Assembly (NCBI GenBank): GCA_023460085.1
Contig: JAEWRI010000023.1
Span: 69,412 to 133,411 of the forward strand
Length of the DNA: 64,000 bases
Direction of reading: 5' to 3'
DNA from: Bacillota bacterium
Lineage (GTDB): Bacteria; Bacillota; Clostridia; Christensenellales; SZUA-584
Shown here: positions 27,617 to 37,861 of the stretch, one piece after another
Layout of the letters: each line of letters begins with the position of its first letter
How positions within the stretch are numbered: the stretch's first letter is position 1
Program-made: the position numbers and the translations under genes
The notes under the pieces: model-generated
The model's database searches: none
What the model was told of the DNA's origin: nothing
What the model saw: only the letters and a program-made list of their open reading frames with translations

Positions 27617-29070
27617 TATACCTTCGTTTCCAGCTTCCCGATGCTGCCGTCCAGCCGCCGCAGCGTTTCCGCCTTGCCCAGCAGCGATGCTATCTCCACC
27701 GGGCCGCCCGGCGTCACCTCCAGCCCGGATATGGCGATGCGCAGGGGCCAGTAGACCTGCCCGTTCTTCACGCCCAGCCTTTCCACCAGCGCCGTCAACG
27801 AACCCTTCAGCGCGTCCGCGGAATAGCTGTCCAGCGCGGACAGCGCGTCCCGCGCCTCCTTCAGCACCGGCAGCGCGGACTCCGCGTCGCAGCCGGACCG
27901 TTTGTGGAAATACAGCTCCGGCCCGAACTCCGGCATCGCGGTCAGAAAGCCCAGCTTACCGGTTATCTCGCCCAGCGTCTCCAGCCGCGGCTGTATCATC
28001 TCCGCGATGAGATCCAGGTTCATCTCCGCCACGCCCGCTTCCCGGAACCACGGCATTGCGCGGGCAATAAACTCTTCTCGGGGCAGCGCGCGGATGTATT
28101 GCGCGTTCATCCACGTCAGCTTTTCGGTGTCGAATATGGCAGGCGAACGGGACAGCCCCTCCAGCGAAAACGCCTCCGCCAGCTCCTCCAGAGAGAAGAT
28201 CTCGCGCTCTCCGCCCGGGCTCCAGCCCAGCAGCGCGATGTAATTGATCAGCGCTTCGCGGAGGTATCCCTTCTTCATGAAATCGTCGAAGGACGCGTCT
28301 CCGTAGCGCTTGGACAGCTTGCGCTGCTTGTCCTTCATCACCACCGGCAGGTGGATGTACTGCGGAATTTCCCAGCCCATCGCGCGATACAGGTGGTTGT
28401 ACTTGGGCGTGGACGACAGGTATTCCACCCCGCGGATGACGTGTGTGACGCCCATCAGGTGGTCGTCTATCACGTTCGCAAGGTTGTACGTGGGCATGCC
28501 GTCGGCCTTTAAAAGCACGTTGTCGTCGAGGTCGGCGTTGGGCACGGTGACTTCGCCGAACACCGCGTCGCTGTAGGTGGTATCCCCTTCCGCCGGGATA
28601 TTCTGACGGACGACATACGGCTCGCCCGCGTCCAGCTTCGCCTGTATCTCCTCTTCCGAAAGGCGAAGGCAGTGCTTGTCGTAGGTGAAGGCTTTGCCCT
28701 GCGCCTCGGCGCTGGCGCGCTCCTCCGCAAGCCGTTCCTTCGTGCAGAAGCAGCGGTACGCCGCGCCGCGCTTGATCAGCTGTTCGGCGTAGTATTGATA
28801 CGTCGCACGCCGTTCGCTCTGTATATACGGGCCGTAAGGGCCGCCCACATCGGGTCCTTCGTCATAATCGAGGCCGGTCTGGCGCAGCGTGTCGTAGATG
28901 ACCTGCTTGGCGCCCGGCACCTCTCGGTTGAGATCGGTATCCTCGATGCGCAATATGAACACGCCGCCGTTCTGCCTCGCAAACAGCCACGCGTACAGCG
29001 CGGTGCGCAGCCCCCCGATATGCAGATAGCCCGTCGGGCTGGGCGCAAACCTTGTCCTGACCTGGGTCAT
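27616..29070 (-). CDS. gltX: glutamate--tRNA ligase
   Basis: RTRFAPSPTGYLHIGG (HIGH) and KLSKR (KMSKS). Start chosen at MTQV after GGAGAAAGG. Confidence 0.9.
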   Translation of the reverse strand: MTQVRTRFAPSPTGYLHIGGLRTALYAWLFARQNGGVFILRIEDTDLNREVPGAKQVIYDTLRQTGLDYDEGPDVGGPYGPYIQSERRATYQYYAEQLIKRGAAYRCFCTKERLAEERASAEAQGKAFTYDKHCLRLSEEEIQAKLDAGEPYVVRQNIPAEGDTTYSDAVFGEVTVPNADLDDNVLLKADGMPTYNLANVIDDHLMGVTHVIRGVEYLSSTPKYNHLYRAMGWEIPQYIHLPVVMKDKQRKLSKRYGDASFDDFMKKGYLREALINYIALLGWSPGGEREIFSLEELAEAFSLEGLSRSPAIFDTEKLTWMNAQYIRALPREEFIARAMPWFREAGVAEMNLDLIAEMIQPRLETLGEITGKLGFLTAMPEFGPELYFHKRSGCDAESALPVLKEARDALSALDSYSADALKGSLTALVERLGVKNGQVYWPLRIAISGLEVTPGGPVEIASLLGKAETLRRLDGSIGKLETKV

Positions 29071-29250
29071 GTGGTGATCGTTCCTTTCTCCTTTTCGGGG
29101 CTTTGCCCCTGTACCCCCGCCAAAGGGATACATCCCTTTGGAATCCCTTCAATGGCAGGCCTTATATGCTCACAAAATAACACGCGGGCGGCTTATACCC
29201 ACGCCGGGTAATGCAGCCGCCCTGAATGATACTCTCTTTTCGCGGTCAGC

Positions 29251-30891
29251 CTACTCTCCCGGTTTGTAGCTGTCCTTGAGGCCCACTATCTGGTTGAACA
29301 CCAGTGCGCCCTCCCGGCTGTCGTCGTCCGCGACGAAATAGCCCTGCCGCATGAACTGGAACCGCTCGCCGGGCCGGATACCCGCGCCCGCCTGCTCGAT
29401 GCGCGCGCTGCCCAGCACCTTGATGGAGTCGTGGTTGAGCCGGTTCATGAAGTCGCCCTCGGTATCCGGCAGCAGCAGTGCGTCGTACAGGCGCACCGTA
29501 CACGGCACGGAGGTTGCGGCATCCACCCAGTGCAGCGTTCCCTTCACCTTGCGGCCCGCCGTGGGTCCGCCGCTTTTGGAGCCGGGATCGTACGTGCATA
29601 CAACCTCGGTCACATTGCCTTCGCTGTCCTTGACGACGCGTTCACACTGGATGATATAGGCGTCCTTGAGGCGCACCTCTCTGCCGGGAGCGAGCCGGAA
29701 GAACTTGCCCGGCGGATCCTCCATGAAGTCTTCGCGCTCGATGTAGATCTCGCGGGAGAACGGCACGCCGCGCAGGCCCGCGTTTTCATCCTTCGGCAGG
29801 TTTTCGGACTGCACGGTTTCCGTACCGTCGTAGTTTTCAATCGTTATTTTCAGCGGGTCCAGCACCGCCATGCGGCGCTGCGCGGTGGCGTTGAGATGCT
29901 CCCTCACGCAATGCTCCAGCAGCCCTAATTCCACCTCGCTGTTGGCCTTGGCAACGCCGATGCGTTCGCAAAAGTCGCGAATGGCCTCCGGCGTGTAGCC
30001 GCGGCGGCGCAAGCCGGAGATCGTGGGCATGCGCGGATCATCCCAGCCGGAGACGAAACCCTCGTCCACGAGCTTTTTCAGATAGCGCTTGCTCATGATG
30101 GTGCGCGTCAGGTTCAGCCGCGCAAACTCGTACTGGTGCGGCGCGGGATCGCAGCCGCAGTGCTGCACCACCCAGTCGTACAGCGGGCGGTGATCCTCAA
30201 ACTCCAGCGTGCAGATGCTGTGCGTGACGCGCTCGTACGCGTCCTCCAGCGGGTGCGCGTAATCGTACATCGGGTAAATGCACCACGTATCGCCCGTGCG
30301 CGGATGCGTGGCGCGCAGTATGCGGTAGATGATGGGGTCGCGCATATTGACGTTGGGACTGGCCATGTCGATTTTCGCGCGCAGCACCTTCTCGCCGTCG
30401 GCGTACTTTCCGTCGCGCATTTCAAAAAACAGCCTGCGGTTTTCCTCAATGGAACGGCTGCGGTACGGGCTTTCCCGGCCCGGCTCGGTGAGCGTTCCGC
30501 GGTACTCGCGCATCTGCTCGGCCGTGAGGTCGCATACAAACGCGAGGCCCTTGTCGATAAGCCGTACGGCGCAGTCGAACATGTACTCGAAATAGTCCGA
30601 AGCGAACAGTACCTCGGCGGGCTCGAAACCCAGCCAGCGCACGTCGCGCTCGATGCTCTCGATGTACTCGTTCTCCTCCTTGGCGGGGTTGGTATCGTCA
30701 TACCGCAGGTTGCACTTGCCGCCGTACTTTTGGGCCGTGCCGAAGTTGAGGCATATGGATTTGGCATGCCCCACATGCAGATAACCGTTGGGCTCGGGCG
30801 GAAAGCGCGTTAATACATAATCCGTGCGTCCCGCTTCCAGGTCCGCGTCGATGATTTCTTCAATAAAGTTGCGGTTTTTCGTTTCCGTCAT
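29251..30891 (-). CDS. glnS: glutamine--tRNA ligase
   Basis: [15 protein letters not shown] (HIGH) and IMSKR (KMSKS-like). Has a C-terminal anticodon-binding beta-barrel region. 546 aa. Confidence 0.9.
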   Translation of the reverse strand: MTETKNRNFIEEIIDADLEAGRTDYVLTRFPPEPNGYLHVGHAKSICLNFGTAQKYGGKCNLRYDDTNPAKEENEYIESIERDVRWLGFEPAEVLFASDYFEYMFDCAVRLIDKGLAFVCDLTAEQMREYRGTLTEPGRESPYRSRSIEENRRLFFEMRDGKYADGEKVLRAKIDMASPNVNMRDPIIYRILRATHPRTGDTWCIYPMYDYAHPLEDAYERVTHSICTLEFEDHRPLYDWVVQHCGCDPAPHQYEFARLNLTRTIMSKRYLKKLVDEGFVSGWDDPRMPTISGLRRRGYTPEAIRDFCERIGVAKANSEVELGLLEHCVREHLNATAQRRMAVLDPLKITIENYDGTETVQSENLPKDENAGLRGVPFSREIYIEREDFMEDPPGKFFRLAPGREVRLKDAYIIQCERVVKDSEGNVTEVVCTYDPGSKSGGPTAGRKVKGTLHWVDAATSVPCTVRLYDALLLPDTEGDFMNRLNHDSIKVLGSARIEQAGAGIRPGERFQFMRQGYFVADDDSREGALVFNQIVGLKDSYKPGE

Positions 30892-30908
30892 ATCGTCCTC
30901 CCGCGAAG

Positions 30909-32528
30909 CTATTTCTTCTTCGCGTCGCGGTTTTTCTTTGCCGCCGCCACCAGCTCGCGGAACAGCGGATGCGAGCGGATGGGCCGCGACTTGAACTCGG
31001 GATGGAACTGCACGCCCACGAACCACGGGTGATCGGCAAGCTCCATGATCTCCACAAGCCCATGCTCCGGGTTAACACCCGCCACGCGCATACCCGTTTT
31101 CGTCACTTCCTCCAGGAAGATGTTGTTAAACTCGTAGCGGTGACGGTGGCGTTCGCTGATTTCATCCGCCTGATAGGCCGCGTACGCGTGCGTGCCCTTC
31201 TGCAGCGCACACTTATACGCGCCGAGGCGCATGGTGCCGCCCATGTTCGTGATGTTCTTCTGTTCCGGCATCAGATCGATGTACGGGCAGGGCGTATCGG
31301 AACAGAACTCCGTGGAGTTGGCTTCGCGATGGCCCAGTACGTTGCGCGCGAACTCGATGACCGCCAGCTGCATGCCGAGGCAGATGCCGAAGAACGGCAG
31401 CTTCTTCTCTCTGCAGTATTGTATTGCCTTGATTTTGCCTTCTATACCGCGCTCGCCGAAGCCGCCCGGCACGATGACGCCGTCCGCTTCGCCGAGTATG
31501 GACTCCATATCCCGGGTTTCCTCCAGCTCCACCGCGTTCACCCAGAGTATTTGCACATCCAGCTTGTTGGCGATGCCCGCGTGCGTCAGCGATTCCGCGA
31601 TGGACAGGTACGCGTCGTGCAGCTCGATATACTTGCCCACGATCGCGATCTTCACCTTATCCTTCTTCTGCTTCTGAATCTTAACGATGTTCTCCCACTC
31701 CGGAAGGGCGGAAGAAACATCCGGCAGGCCCAGCCGTTCGCATACCAGCGTATCCAGCTTTTCCTCCCGAAGCATCAGCGGCACTTCGTAGAGCGAATCG
31801 GCGTCGGTATTCTGCACCACGTTCTTGGGGCTCACGTTGCAGAACAGCGATATCTTGCGCTTCAGGTCGGCGGTGATCGCCTTTTCCGTACGGCATACGA
31901 TGATGTCCGGATCGATGCCGATGGCCCGCAGCTCCTTGACACTGTGCTGCGTGGGCTTGGTTTTCAGTTCGCCCACCTTGGAGAGGTACGGCAGCAGCGT
32001 GACGTGGATGTACATGCAGTTTTCCTCGCCCACCTCCCACTTGATCTGGCGGATGGTCTCGAGGAACGGCTGCGATTCGATGTCGCCCACGGTGCCGCCG
32101 ATTTCGGTAATGACCACATCGGGCTTCTCTCTGCTCGCGACGCTGTAGATGCGCGCCTTGATTTCGTCCGTAATATGCGGAATAACCTGCACCGTGCCGC
32201 CCAGGTAGTCGCCGCGGCGCTCCTTGGTAATCACCTTCCAGTACACCTTGCCGGTGGTGACGTTGGAATCCGCGAAGGAATTCTCGTCGGTAAAGCGCTC
32301 GTAGTGGCCGATGTCAAGATCGGTCTCCGCGCCGTCATCCGTCACAAATACCTCGCCGTGCTGGAAAGGGCTCATTGTGCCGGGGTCCACGTTGATATAG
32401 GGATCGCACTTCTGCAGCGAAACCTTCAGGCCCCGCCCTTTCAAAAGTAAACCCAGCGACGCTGCAGTGATGCCCTTGCCGAGCGATGATACCACGCCGC
32501 CTGTGACGAATATGAATTTGGTTGCCAT
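30909..32528 (-). CDS. pyrG: CTP synthase
   Basis: [19 protein letters not shown] and GATase motif GICLGMQ. 539 aa. Confidence 0.95.
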   Translation of the reverse strand: MATKFIFVTGGVVSSLGKGITAASLGLLLKGRGLKVSLQKCDPYINVDPGTMSPFQHGEVFVTDDGAETDLDIGHYERFTDENSFADSNVTTGKVYWKVITKERRGDYLGGTVQVIPHITDEIKARIYSVASREKPDVVITEIGGTVGDIESQPFLETIRQIKWEVGEENCMYIHVTLLPYLSKVGELKTKPTQHSVKELRAIGIDPDIIVCRTEKAITADLKRKISLFCNVSPKNVVQNTDADSLYEVPLMLREEKLDTLVCERLGLPDVSSALPEWENIVKIQKQKKDKVKIAIVGKYIELHDAYLSIAESLTHAGIANKLDVQILWVNAVELEETRDMESILGEADGVIVPGGFGERGIEGKIKAIQYCREKKLPFFGICLGMQLAVIEFARNVLGHREANSTEFCSDTPCPYIDLMPEQKNITNMGGTMRLGAYKCALQKGTHAYAAYQADEISERHRHRYEFNNIFLEEVTKTGMRVAGVNPEHGLVEIMELADHPWFVGVQFHPEFKSRPIRSHPLFRELVAAAKKNRDAKKK

Positions 32529-32554
32529 CAACACCCTCCAAAAAAAATCAAATA

Positions 32555-33211
32555 TTATAGATATTCCATTACGACGATTCGGGTCCGTTTTTTCAGCGTC
32601 GCAAGATCGATGTTCAGGTAGCATTGCCCCGGATGGGAAACATCGTACTCGCGGCTCACCGCGTCCAAAAATTCATGCAGCGGAGCAATGTCCATATCGG
32701 TCGCGGGCGTCTTGAAGTGCATCGGAATGATAATGTTGGGTTCTATCCGCTCGCACAGCTCCAGCGCCTCCTGCGCGTCGATGGTATAGTGCCCGCCCAC
32801 CGGAATCAGCAGCACCTCCACGCCCTTCAGCTTCGCAACGACGTCCTCTCCCGGAACACACCCGATGTCTCCCATGTGGCACAGGCGAATGCCGCGCACG
32901 CTGAGCACCGAAACCAGGTTTTCCCCGCGGTGCGCGCCGCCCGAATGATCGTGAAATGTAGAAATGCACTCGATAGTCGCTTCACCCAGCGTATGCAGTC
33001 CCGGCTTGTCAATTACCGTGTAGTTTCCCGTGATTCTGCTCAGGTTGTTATGATCGAAGTGCTGGTGGCTGACCACCACGGCATCCACTTCTTTTTCAAC
33101 GCGCGTATATCCCACCGTATCGTCGTACGGATCAAACAAAATACGCGTTCCGTTCTTCAGCGTAACCAGAAAGCACGAGTGTCCGAGCCACTCTATGACC
33201 ATTTTCCTCAC
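32555..33211 (-). CDS. MBL-fold metallo-hydrolase
   Basis: HQHFDH metal-binding motif. 218 aa. Confidence 0.75.
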   Translation of the reverse strand: MRKMVIEWLGHSCFLVTLKNGTRILFDPYDDTVGYTRVEKEVDAVVVSHQHFDHNNLSRITGNYTVIDKPGLHTLGEATIECISTFHDHSGGAHRGENLVSVLSVRGIRLCHMGDIGCVPGEDVVAKLKGVEVLLIPVGGHYTIDAQEALELCERIEPNIIIPMHFKTPATDMDIAPLHEFLDAVSREYDVSHPGQCYLNIDLATLKKRTRIVVMEYL

Positions 33212-33224
33212 CTCCGTGGTTTAT

Positions 33225-33653
33225 CTAGTTTGCGCGCTCCTCCATGCTCCTAAACGACAGATCAAGCTTATTGGCCGTAAAAAACTCGCCCATACTCATC
33301 TCGTACTCCAGGCTCAGGCTGCCGCTCTTCTCCTGAAGCCGGCTTTCCACGCGCGTCGCAAATATGCTCATGCCGGTGCCGCCCGAAGACGTCCCCAGAT
33401 TGCTCTGAAACACGCTCCCCGGCGCAAACACCATATGCGTGTCCATTGCGCCGCTGCGCTCCAGCGTCACCGTTTCACCCTCCAGCATGAGGCGCGTCGT
33501 CACGCCTTCCACGCCGGTCAGAGCGCTCTCATCATATTCCAGGAGGTAACCGTCCGCGCTGCGCTGCAGCGTGCCCTCGGTCATAAACTCGATGGCATCG
33601 TTCGTATTCCCCTCCAGAAGCGATCCCCTTATCGTCAGCAGAACTTTCTGCAT
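33225..33653 (-). CDS. DUF1934 (YwiB-like beta-barrel) protein
   Basis: Size and pattern (LLEYDE...TTRLMLE...TLERSG) match the family commonly found upstream of pyrG-region genes in Firmicutes. Confidence 0.65.
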   Translation of the reverse strand: MQKVLLTIRGSLLEGNTNDAIEFMTEGTLQRSADGYLLEYDESALTGVEGVTTRLMLEGETVTLERSGAMDTHMVFAPGSVFQSNLGTSSGGTGMSIFATRVESRLQEKSGSLSLEYEMSMGEFFTANKLDLSFRSMEERAN

Positions 33654-33882
33654 AACTGCCCCCTCAAAATATTCTTAAGTATTATAGCACATGTGTCAGG
33701 AATAACAAAATAGCTTTATAAATGCAATTATGAAATAATTGATAAACTCGTATTCCATTTTCCGGTGGTTGACCCTCCGATCTTTCAACGAATATAATCG
33801 CTACAATGCGCTGACCGGCAATGCAGCGAGGGGTATCATGCATCCGGCTGACGCTATTTTTCGAATAACACTGGAGGGCAAC

Positions 33883-34437
33883 ATGAAAAAGCGTTGGCTG
33901 GGAACAGCCATACTGGTGCTGCTCGCGTCAATGCTGGGCGGATGCGGCAGCGGTGCTGAGGAAACAAAAACCCTGGAAGCGCCGGACGGCAGCGTGCAGA
34001 TTGACACGCCGGATGGCTGGGAAGAGGACACTTCGCAGGAGATGCCCGATTATATGGTGCTCTCCATCGGCGACGGTACGGGGGCCTTTGCGCAGATCTC
34101 TTACTATCCGGACGACGGAAGCGGAGACACCGCGGAAGAGCTGGCGCAGACGCTGATCGACACCTACTACATGGAAAATGTTATCGGCGAAATCGAGGAA
34201 GCCGATATTGAGGGCGCTGAGGCGTGTTACTTCGAATACTCCATGGTAGAAGAAGGCGTGGACGGCAACAACCATAATTACCACGGCTATGAATACCTCA
34301 TCGGCTTCGGTCTCAATATCATCGAGGTGGACATCTTCTATTCTCAGAGCACGCTGGAGGGCAAGCTGTTTTCGCCTTCGGACGATCAGCTGGCACAGCT
34401 GCGCAGCATCGCCGAAACCGCGCGCATCCGCGAGTAA
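33883..34437 (+). CDS. lipoprotein, hypothetical (paralog 1)
   Basis: Lipobox MLGGC after the GGAGGG RBS. Shares YYPDDG, GYEY and EVDIF blocks with the next gene. Confidence 0.6.
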   Translation: MKKRWLGTAILVLLASMLGGCGSGAEETKTLEAPDGSVQIDTPDGWEEDTSQEMPDYMVLSIGDGTGAFAQISYYPDDGSGDTAEELAQTLIDTYYMENVIGEIEEADIEGAEACYFEYSMVEEGVDGNNHNYHGYEYLIGFGLNIIEVDIFYSQSTLEGKLFSPSDDQLAQLRSIAETARIRE

Positions 34438-34527
34438 CCCGAAGCCGCGTTTGACCCGCCGCCCCACGGCGTTTATAATGAGGTTGCGGCAAACCAAAGC
34501 AGACCCGCCGCGTCAGGAGGAAGCACG

Positions 34528-35070
34528 ATGAGAAAAAGATGGCTGGCACTTGTGCTGGTGACACTGACCGCATTGGCAGGATGCGGCGCGAAGGATGACG
34601 GCGATGCGCTGGCGAATACCGTCGCGGCACAGAACGGCAGTGTGCACATCAGTGTACCCGAAGGATGGGCGGAGGATACCAGCTACGAGCTGCACGATAC
34701 CCTGGTGCTGGTCGTCGGAAACGGCGCGGACACGTGGGCGCAGGTAAACTACTATCCGGACGACGGCAACGGCTACAGCGCAAAGGATTTTCTGGACATG
34801 GCTTCCGAGAATCACTTTGGAAATTATATTGTGGACAAGGCGGCAGAGCTGAAGCTGGGCGACAACGCCGCGGCGTACTTTGGGTATTCCATGGCCGGCA
34901 AGGACGCGGACGGCAACGACTGCACCTACCGGGGCTACGAATATTTCGTCAGCTTTGGCGCGAATGTCGCGGAGGTGGATATCTTCTGCCGCTACACCGA
35001 TACAGCGCCAACGAGCGAACAGCAGGAGCTGATGCGCAGCATCGCCGAAAGCATACAGCCCGGCGCATAA
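34528..35070 (+). CDS. lipoprotein, hypothetical (paralog 2)
   Basis: Lipobox ALAGC. Collinear similarity to 33883..34437. Confidence 0.6.
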   Translation: MRKRWLALVLVTLTALAGCGAKDDGDALANTVAAQNGSVHISVPEGWAEDTSYELHDTLVLVVGNGADTWAQVNYYPDDGNGYSAKDFLDMASENHFGNYIVDKAAELKLGDNAAAYFGYSMAGKDADGNDCTYRGYEYFVSFGANVAEVDIFCRYTDTAPTSEQQELMRSIAESIQPGA

Positions 35071-35083
35071 ACCTAACCCCATG

Positions 35084-35111
35084 GCCCTTCGCTTTTACGA
35101 AGGGCTTTTTT
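35084..35111 (+). terminator. intrinsic terminator
   Basis: GCCCTTCG/CGAAGGGC stem followed by a T6 run. Confidence 0.75.
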
Positions 35112-35137
35112 ATTCCCCGGGGGATTGATCCGCAAAG

Positions 35138-35166
35138 GTATAGTTTTTCCCTGTGTGGCCATAATA
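35138..35166 (+). promoter_or_regulatory. forespore sigma-F-like promoter upstream of spoIIR
   Basis: GTATA-N14-GGCCATAATA fits the B. subtilis sigma-F pattern GyATA...GGnnAnAnTA. Lies 45 nt before the ATG. Confidence 0.45.
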
Positions 35167-35210
35167 AAAGCACATATGCATATGAATATGACAGACAGGA
35201 ATGTTGTACC

Positions 35211-35768
35211 ATGTTTAACTCTCACCCCGGTATGCTTTCGGGGAGTGCGGCGCGAAAAGCGTTGCTGCTGTTCTTCGCGGCACCGGTAATCATCGCGCTG
35301 CTGGCAGGATGCGGCGCACAGGAGGCGCCGCTGCGGCTGCACATACTCGCCAACTCGGACGACGATGCCGATCAGCAGATCAAGATGGAAGTACGCGACG
35401 CGGTGCTGCTGGCCACCCAGGAAGGCATCGAAGCATGCGATAATGAAGCGGATGCCGAAGAATATGTCTGCGACAACCTTGAAATAATAGAAGAAACGGC
35501 AAACGCAGTACTTGAGGAAAACGGCGTAGCGTATCGCGCGCATGCGGAGATAGGCACGTTCCGCTTTCCGGAACGGACGTATCAGGACGTTACCTACCCC
35601 GAGGGCGACTATCGCGCACTGCGCATTGTGCTCGGAGAAGGCGAAGGGCATAACTGGTGGTGTGTCATGTTCCCGCCGCTGTGCATTTCGGAGATTACCG
35701 AAGAAGACGCGGAGTACACTTCGTTCTTCGCGGAGCTCTGGGAGGAATGGTTCGGCGTTTGCCCGTAA
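35211..35768 (+). CDS. spoIIR: stage II sporulation protein R
   Basis: LRLHILANSD...NWWCVMFPPLC hallmark motifs and an LAGC lipobox. Confidence 0.85.
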   Translation: MFNSHPGMLSGSAARKALLLFFAAPVIIALLAGCGAQEAPLRLHILANSDDDADQQIKMEVRDAVLLATQEGIEACDNEADAEEYVCDNLEIIEETANAVLEENGVAYRAHAEIGTFRFPERTYQDVTYPEGDYRALRIVLGEGEGHNWWCVMFPPLCISEITEEDAEYTSFFAELWEEWFGVCP

Positions 35769-35792
35769 TTCTTTGCGGGAGATGCTTATATT

Positions 35793-36467
35793 ATGAGGAA
35801 GCGTATGCTGAAAATACCGCTGGCATTGCTGATGGCGCTGCTTACGGTATTTTTTTCTGGCTGCGAGGCGCTGCCCGCCGCGGCCTACAAGTTCGGCTCC
35901 AGCGGCGATATGGTGAAGGAGATACAGCAGCGGCTGAAGGACTGGGGATATTACGACGGCGAGGTGGACGGTCACTACGGCAAGGAAACCGAGGACGCCG
36001 TGATCGCCTTCCAGAAGAAGCACGGCATCACGATAGACGGCATCGTGGGGAGCCAGACGGCGGAGAAGCTGGGCGTATCGCTGCCCTCGGACGGCGGCGG
36101 AAGCTCCTCTTCCGGCGACAGCGACGTCTACCTGCTGGCGCAGCTCATCTACGGTGAGTCGCGAGGCGAACCGTACAAGGGGCAGGTTGCCGTAGCCGCA
36201 GTGGTGCTGAACCGCGTGGAAAGCAGCAAGTTTCCCAACAGCATCGCCAAGGTGATCTACCAGCCGGGCGCTTTCGACGTGGTGGACGACGGGCAGATCA
36301 ACCTCGCGCCCGATCAAACGGCGCTCTCCGCCGCTCGCGACGCGCTGAATGGCTGGGATCCTTCGGGCGGAGCGCTGTTTTACTACAACCCCAACACCGC
36401 AACGAGCGGCTGGATATGGTCCCGCCCGGTCATCGTGGTGATTGGCGAACACAAATTCTGCAGCTAG
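35793..36467 (+). CDS. sleB: spore cortex-lytic enzyme SleB (PG_binding_1 + Hydrolase_2)
   Basis: PG-binding repeat (VKEIQQRLKDWGYY...DGIVGSQT) plus the catalytic region LLAQLIYGESRGEPY...AVVLNRV. Confidence 0.85.
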   Translation: MRKRMLKIPLALLMALLTVFFSGCEALPAAAYKFGSSGDMVKEIQQRLKDWGYYDGEVDGHYGKETEDAVIAFQKKHGITIDGIVGSQTAEKLGVSLPSDGGGSSSSGDSDVYLLAQLIYGESRGEPYKGQVAVAAVVLNRVESSKFPNSIAKVIYQPGAFDVVDDGQINLAPDQTALSAARDALNGWDPSGGALFYYNPNTATSGWIWSRPVIVVIGEHKFCS

Positions 36468-36477
36468 GAGGCATCGC

Positions 36478-37800
36478 ATGAAACATATTACGCGCATTAT
36501 CGTGTACTGCGCCGCGGGCGCGCTCATTCTGGGGCTTTCGGTATATTCCATCATACTGAGCGACCGGAACGCCACGCTGAACAACCAGCTTTCGGCGGTA
36601 TACCAGAAATCCTTCGATGAACTCACCGCCGATGTGCAAAGCCTTCAGACGAAGCTGTTCAAGCTGGAGGCGGCAGGCGATGCCGGGCAGTACACCACGC
36701 TGCTGATGGATGTCTGGCGGCAGACCGGTGACACCGAAAGCTCCATCGCCGCGCTGCCCGTATCCTATACGGCGACGTCATCGCTGACGCAGTTCGTTAC
36801 GCGCACCGGCGATTACTGCCGCTACCTCTCGCGCAAGCTGTCCGCAGGACAGGAAATCACCGAAGAGGACATGGTGCAGCTGCGCGCTCTCGCCGACACA
36901 TGCGGACAGGTAAACACGGTGATTGAGGATATCCGAACACAGGGGTACCCCACGGAAGCCGGACTTACGGACATTGCCTTCCTCTCCGATACGCCCATGG
37001 CAGGCACGCTGGATTTCACGAATCAGGAGTTCCCGCGCCTCATCTACGACGGGCCGTACTCCGAGAGCACCGAGAGCAAGGAGGCCGTGGGCCTGGGCGA
37101 CGGTGCGTGCACCGCACAGCAGGCGTGCGACGCCGCCGCAAAATTCCTCGGTGTGCAGGCCTCCGCACTCACCAATGACTGCGATCAGGAAGGCACTCTG
37201 CCCTGCTGGGGCTTCTCCGGCGAGCAGGACGGCTTCGCATATTCCATCTGCGTCACCAAGCAGGGCTGCAAGGTGCTGTACTACATGCGCAATACCGCGG
37301 GCGGCATCTCCGCCGTACCCACCGACGCGCGCTACGAGCAGCTGACCGCCATCGCACAGCAGTACTGCCGCGGCAAGGGCTTCGGGCAGACGGAACCCAG
37401 CTACGCGCAGTTCTACAACGGCATGGCGCTGATCAACCTCGCGCCCGTACAGAACGGGGCCATACTCTACCCGGACCTGATTAAGGTGTGGGTGGACATT
37501 TCGTCCGACACTGTGGTGGGGTTTGACGCATACAACTACTGGATGTCGCATCAGGACCGCGACCTGCCGGAACCCGCCGTCACGGAGCAGCAGGCAAAGG
37601 ACGCGGTGGCCTCACGCATGGAACCGCAGTCCGTGCGGCTGGCGCTCATCCCGCTGGATTCCGGCGCGGAGGTGCTGTGCTGGGAGTTGAAAGGCACGAT
37701 AAACGACAACGACTACCTCATTTACGTGAACGTCGAAACAGGCACGGAGGAAGACATACTGATGATACAGCACACCAACGACGGCACGCTGGTGATGTGA
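36478..37800 (+). CDS. ypeB: germination protein YpeB
   Basis: Immediately follows sleB. N-terminal TM, coiled region and C-terminal PepSY-like repeats. AGGAGG RBS. Confidence 0.8.
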   Translation: MKHITRIIVYCAAGALILGLSVYSIILSDRNATLNNQLSAVYQKSFDELTADVQSLQTKLFKLEAAGDAGQYTTLLMDVWRQTGDTESSIAALPVSYTATSSLTQFVTRTGDYCRYLSRKLSAGQEITEEDMVQLRALADTCGQVNTVIEDIRTQGYPTEAGLTDIAFLSDTPMAGTLDFTNQEFPRLIYDGPYSESTESKEAVGLGDGACTAQQACDAAAKFLGVQASALTNDCDQEGTLPCWGFSGEQDGFAYSICVTKQGCKVLYYMRNTAGGISAVPTDARYEQLTAIAQQYCRGKGFGQTEPSYAQFYNGMALINLAPVQNGAILYPDLIKVWVDISSDTVVGFDAYNYWMSHQDRDLPEPAVTEQQAKDAVASRMEPQSVRLALIPLDSGAEVLCWELKGTINDNDYLIYVNVETGTEEDILMIQHTNDGTLVM

Positions 37801-37814
37801 GACGCTGAAAACGA

Positions 37815-37845
37815 AAAGGCTGACGCGAGATGCATCAGCCTTTTT
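37815..37845. terminator. bidirectional intrinsic terminator
   Basis: AAAGGCTGA...TCAGCCTTT stem followed by TTTTT. Confidence 0.7.
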
Positions 37846-37861
37846 CTGTGTCTATGTACGC

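Noticed and set aside
29071-29250. T-box leader upstream of gltX.
   Set aside because: The spacer is only 180 nt. No T-box consensus, specifier-loop architecture or terminator/antiterminator pair could be traced.
35073-36626. 517-aa ORF antisense to spoIIR and sleB. Similar long antisense ORFs occur at 22635..24269, 30969..32450, 47272..48654, 59582..61204 and 61568..62857.
   Set aside because: All lie opposite well-supported genes. All have Arg/His/Gln-rich shadow composition and lack RBS context.
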